From the NCBI RefSeq assembly GCF_006345805.1, contig NC_043001.1, positions 103,416,001-103,480,000 of the forward strand: DNA of 64,000 bases, in the 5' to 3' direction. The notes beneath the pieces were generated by a model that saw nothing but the letters and a program-made list of their open reading frames with translations, made no database searches and was not told the origin of the DNA. Each line of letters opens with the position of its first letter. Within the stretch, counting starts at the first letter, position 1. Positions 60,861-64,000 of this stretch are shown here, one piece after another. Source of the stretch: Octopus sinensis. Taxonomy: Eukaryota. Position numbers and translations under genes: made by a program.

Positions 60861-61117
60861 TATTGTGTCTGGGGAGAGTCATTCCCTTTTAGAGCCTTAT
60901 TAATTAACACACTCGCCGGTTCGATTTCCACTCATTTACTTACGCATTTTTAAATAAAATTTTCGTTGCGTCTTGCAATCTCTTCCGACAATTGAAGAGG
61001 CTGCAAGACGCAACAAAAATTTTAGAAAAAACGAATAAGTAAATGAATGGAAATCGAACCGGCGACTGTGTTAAGTAATAAGGCTCTAAAAGAGAACGAC
61101 TCTCTCCAGATACAATA
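60861..61117. repeat. Long imperfect palindrome (~125-bp arms, 8-nt loop)
   Basis: TATTGTGTCTGGGGAGAGTC...GTCTTGCAATCTCTTC-cgacaatt-GAAGAGGCTGCAAGAC...GACTCTCTCCAGATACAATA. Confidence 0.88.
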
Positions 61118-61363
61118 AAATATGCTTCAACACACGAACTCACACAAAGAATCTTGCAAAACAAATACAAAAGCGAAATATATATCTATATTACATTAAA
61201 AATGAACTTCAATTTCGCTTGCTTGCGTGCAATGTTACACAACCAAACCGGCGCATAATGGGAAAATACTTTGAAAATAAAGTGCCCCTGAAATGTGAAT
61301 ACAAACGGAATAAAACAAGTTTTGCGTAAATCGAACTAGTTGTTATTGAGATATTCGGTGTTT

Positions 61364-61380
61364 GGGGGCGGGGTATAAAT
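61364..61380 (+). promoter_or_regulatory. GC box abutting a TATA box in a CpG-richer region
   Basis: GGGGCGGGG immediately followed by TATAAATA; no transcript evidence. Confidence 0.25.
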
Positions 61381-61904
61381 ACCAAAAACAGTGCATAATG
61401 GGAATATACTCCGAAAATAACTTCCCTGAAAGGGAAGAAACTCTAACCTTTCCATTAAACGCATTATGATGGACAAAATATTTTAAAGTGAAAATGACTT
61501 TAAAGATACGGTAAATATTTCGTAAAAGTCCTGTTCATAAACTCGGTGTGAAATAGTTTTTTTTTTCCATAGGTTTCTTTCGAGTGCATTCAACGTATCT
61601 CACCTCCAAAGATTTGGCTGCTATTTCTAGCGTGCCTTACTACCATGTAACAGCTATTTGCGATAAAGGACTCGAAATACCTGTTACGTGGTAGCAGGGC
61701 GTGCAAGAAATAGCAGCCAAATATTTCCTTTTCTGAGGAAGGGAACCGTTTACGCGTGATTTCGATGTCACATTCGTTGAAACCATGCAAAATAACCTGG
61801 AAAAGAAAAGAAAAACCTACGAAACAAAACTCTGTTGCTGGGAAACTTTCCTGGTACCTTAAATATTATCGGTGACCCAACGGGTGACAGATAGTCTTGT
61901 CTAG

Positions 61905-62486
<582 letters not shown>

Positions 62487-62629
62487 TGGGTTGCAGTCAA
62501 AAGTCTTGTATTGCAGACAATTGTTTTGAGCCGGCAGCTGACGCATAGTCGCTCATTCTGCTGAAAATAATAGCCAGACTTCTCATAAATGAAACCCCTA
62601 AGCTGACGTAGCACCGAGCAGAAGCGATC

Positions 62630-63136
62630 GTCATGCCAAGTTCCTTGTACAGAATATTTTCAACTCTATCACGGAATATTCTAACAACAGCATTGGCATT
62701 TTTGATTTATAGTCAATCCCTTGCCAGCCATCTTGATCAGTGTTTTCCTCGGTGGTGGCAGTGGCAGAACAACCAGATCTTGGGTCATCTTTAAGACTCT
62801 CCCTTCTCTTAAATTCAGCTGCCCACTGTTGCATCATTGATAAAGCTGGAGCATCATCCCCTAATGTAGCAACTATGTCTCTATGAATGTCCTTGGAGAC
62901 TAAACCCTTTTTCTGCAAGTACTTGATAACACCACAATGCCAAATTTTGTCCATTTTCAAGAAAATATTCTACTAGTTACTTTTGAAGTCTTCTTTGACC
63001 AGTCAAATGTCAGTTTACTAGGAAAGAAACAACACAGTTAATAATAAGACAGGTTGAAGTTTATGCATGCAAGATCTCACAGCCCTAGCATCACTCCTTC
63101 ATAGTCGGACGAAGGACTTTGCAGCCCACCCTCGTA
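62630..63136 (-). pseudogene. mariner transposon 5' fragment
   Basis: Minus end TACGAGGGTGGGCTGCAAAG; MDKIWHCGVIKYLQKKGL..DIH..IVATLGDDAPA....QWAAEFKR.RESLKDDPRSG (mariner HTH), then frameshift and truncation. Confidence 0.88.
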
Positions 63137-63521
63137 TTTTTGACAACCTAAAATGTCGAGGTATTTAACCAAAGCATGGCCTTGATGTTGAATGTGATTA
63201 TCGTTGTCTCAGTATCCAAACACATTTAGTTCAATAGTAAAAGAAAAAAAGATCTCTAAAGCTGTATTTAATTGTGCCTCCGCAAGACTTGAAATGCTCT
63301 GCTGTGACCAAAATGTTTATTGAAGTTATTTCATGTTGTGCAGCCTCAACTCTTCGGGCATCTTTAAAAGCTTTACACCACCTTTACATTTATTTCTGTG
63401 TTTCTAAATTATCTGGAAACCTCCGTGACAATCACTCGGTTACAATTCTTTTAGAATTCTGAAGATCAAGTTTGCTTTACTAAAAGTACTTTCTGGTTAT
63501 ATTAGTTTCATATATAAAAAA

Positions 63522-63670
63522 GCGACGAGCGGGCAGAGTCATTTGCACGCCAGGTAAAATGCTCAGCGGGTTTCTCGCCCATCTTCACGATCTGAGTTCA
63601 AAATTCCGCTGAGGTCGACTTTGCCTTTCATTCTTTCGGTGGTCACTGGGGTCGATATAATCGACTTCCC
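63522..63670 (+). mobile_element. SINE family B, degenerate
   Basis: GAGTTCAAAATTCCGCTGAGGTCGACTTTGCCTTTCATTCTTTCGG. Confidence 0.75.
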
Positions 63671-64000
63671 CCCTCCCCACCGAGCTTGCTGCCTTCAACA
63701 TTTATGTTATGGTGTTCTGTTTTACATGTTCGCCACCCCCAAGCGATACAACGTCACTTCTTACCTGTTCTTTATTCATTCAGGTGGTAAGGTTTGTTTT
63801 GTCACTGGAGGTGAATGAGAATTTGTTCAAATATGAAGAGAACCAATGCCTTCGCGTGCCATACTTTAGAACCAAATCGCCTTTCGGCCATTCTGTTGTC
63901 TTTTATCGTTTATATGTTTCACTTATCTGAATGCGGCCATGCTGGGTCACCGTTGAGTCACCGTTTTGAAGAATTTTTCGATGAATCTGTTTACCACAGT

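Overview
AT-rich, repeat-dense eukaryotic DNA. The SINE/RTE repeat repertoire suggests an octopus or other coleoid cephalopod (inference, not a database result). One host gene is well supported: a + strand choline/ethanolamine phosphotransferase (CEPT1/CHPT1 family). Its last seven coding exons (17673-17820, 25905-26046, 30916-31000, 32851-32985, 35013-35171, 38149-38274, 42213-42362) splice GT-AG and in phase into 314 aa plus stop; the 5' exon(s) were not found in the window. The rest is mostly mobile DNA: a young 5'-truncated RTE LINE (47569-50445, minus), many RTE 3'-end copies, three tRNA-derived SINE families, piggyBac- and hAT-type MITEs, mariner/Tc1/maT/pogo remnants, Helentron-like elements and microsatellites. 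The most unusual signal is a set of non-autonomous elements with Penelope-type minimal hammerhead ribozyme motifs. Family A is a fold-back element joining a tRNA-Arg-like head to a hammerhead tail (three loci). Family B is a ~352-355 nt monomer inserted as partial tandems, as expected for a non-LTR retrozyme (three loci). There is also a lone hammerhead at 37217-37273. No copy is a perfect ribozyme, so activity is untested. Repeat boundaries were read by eye and are approximate; exon boundaries were counted base by base.
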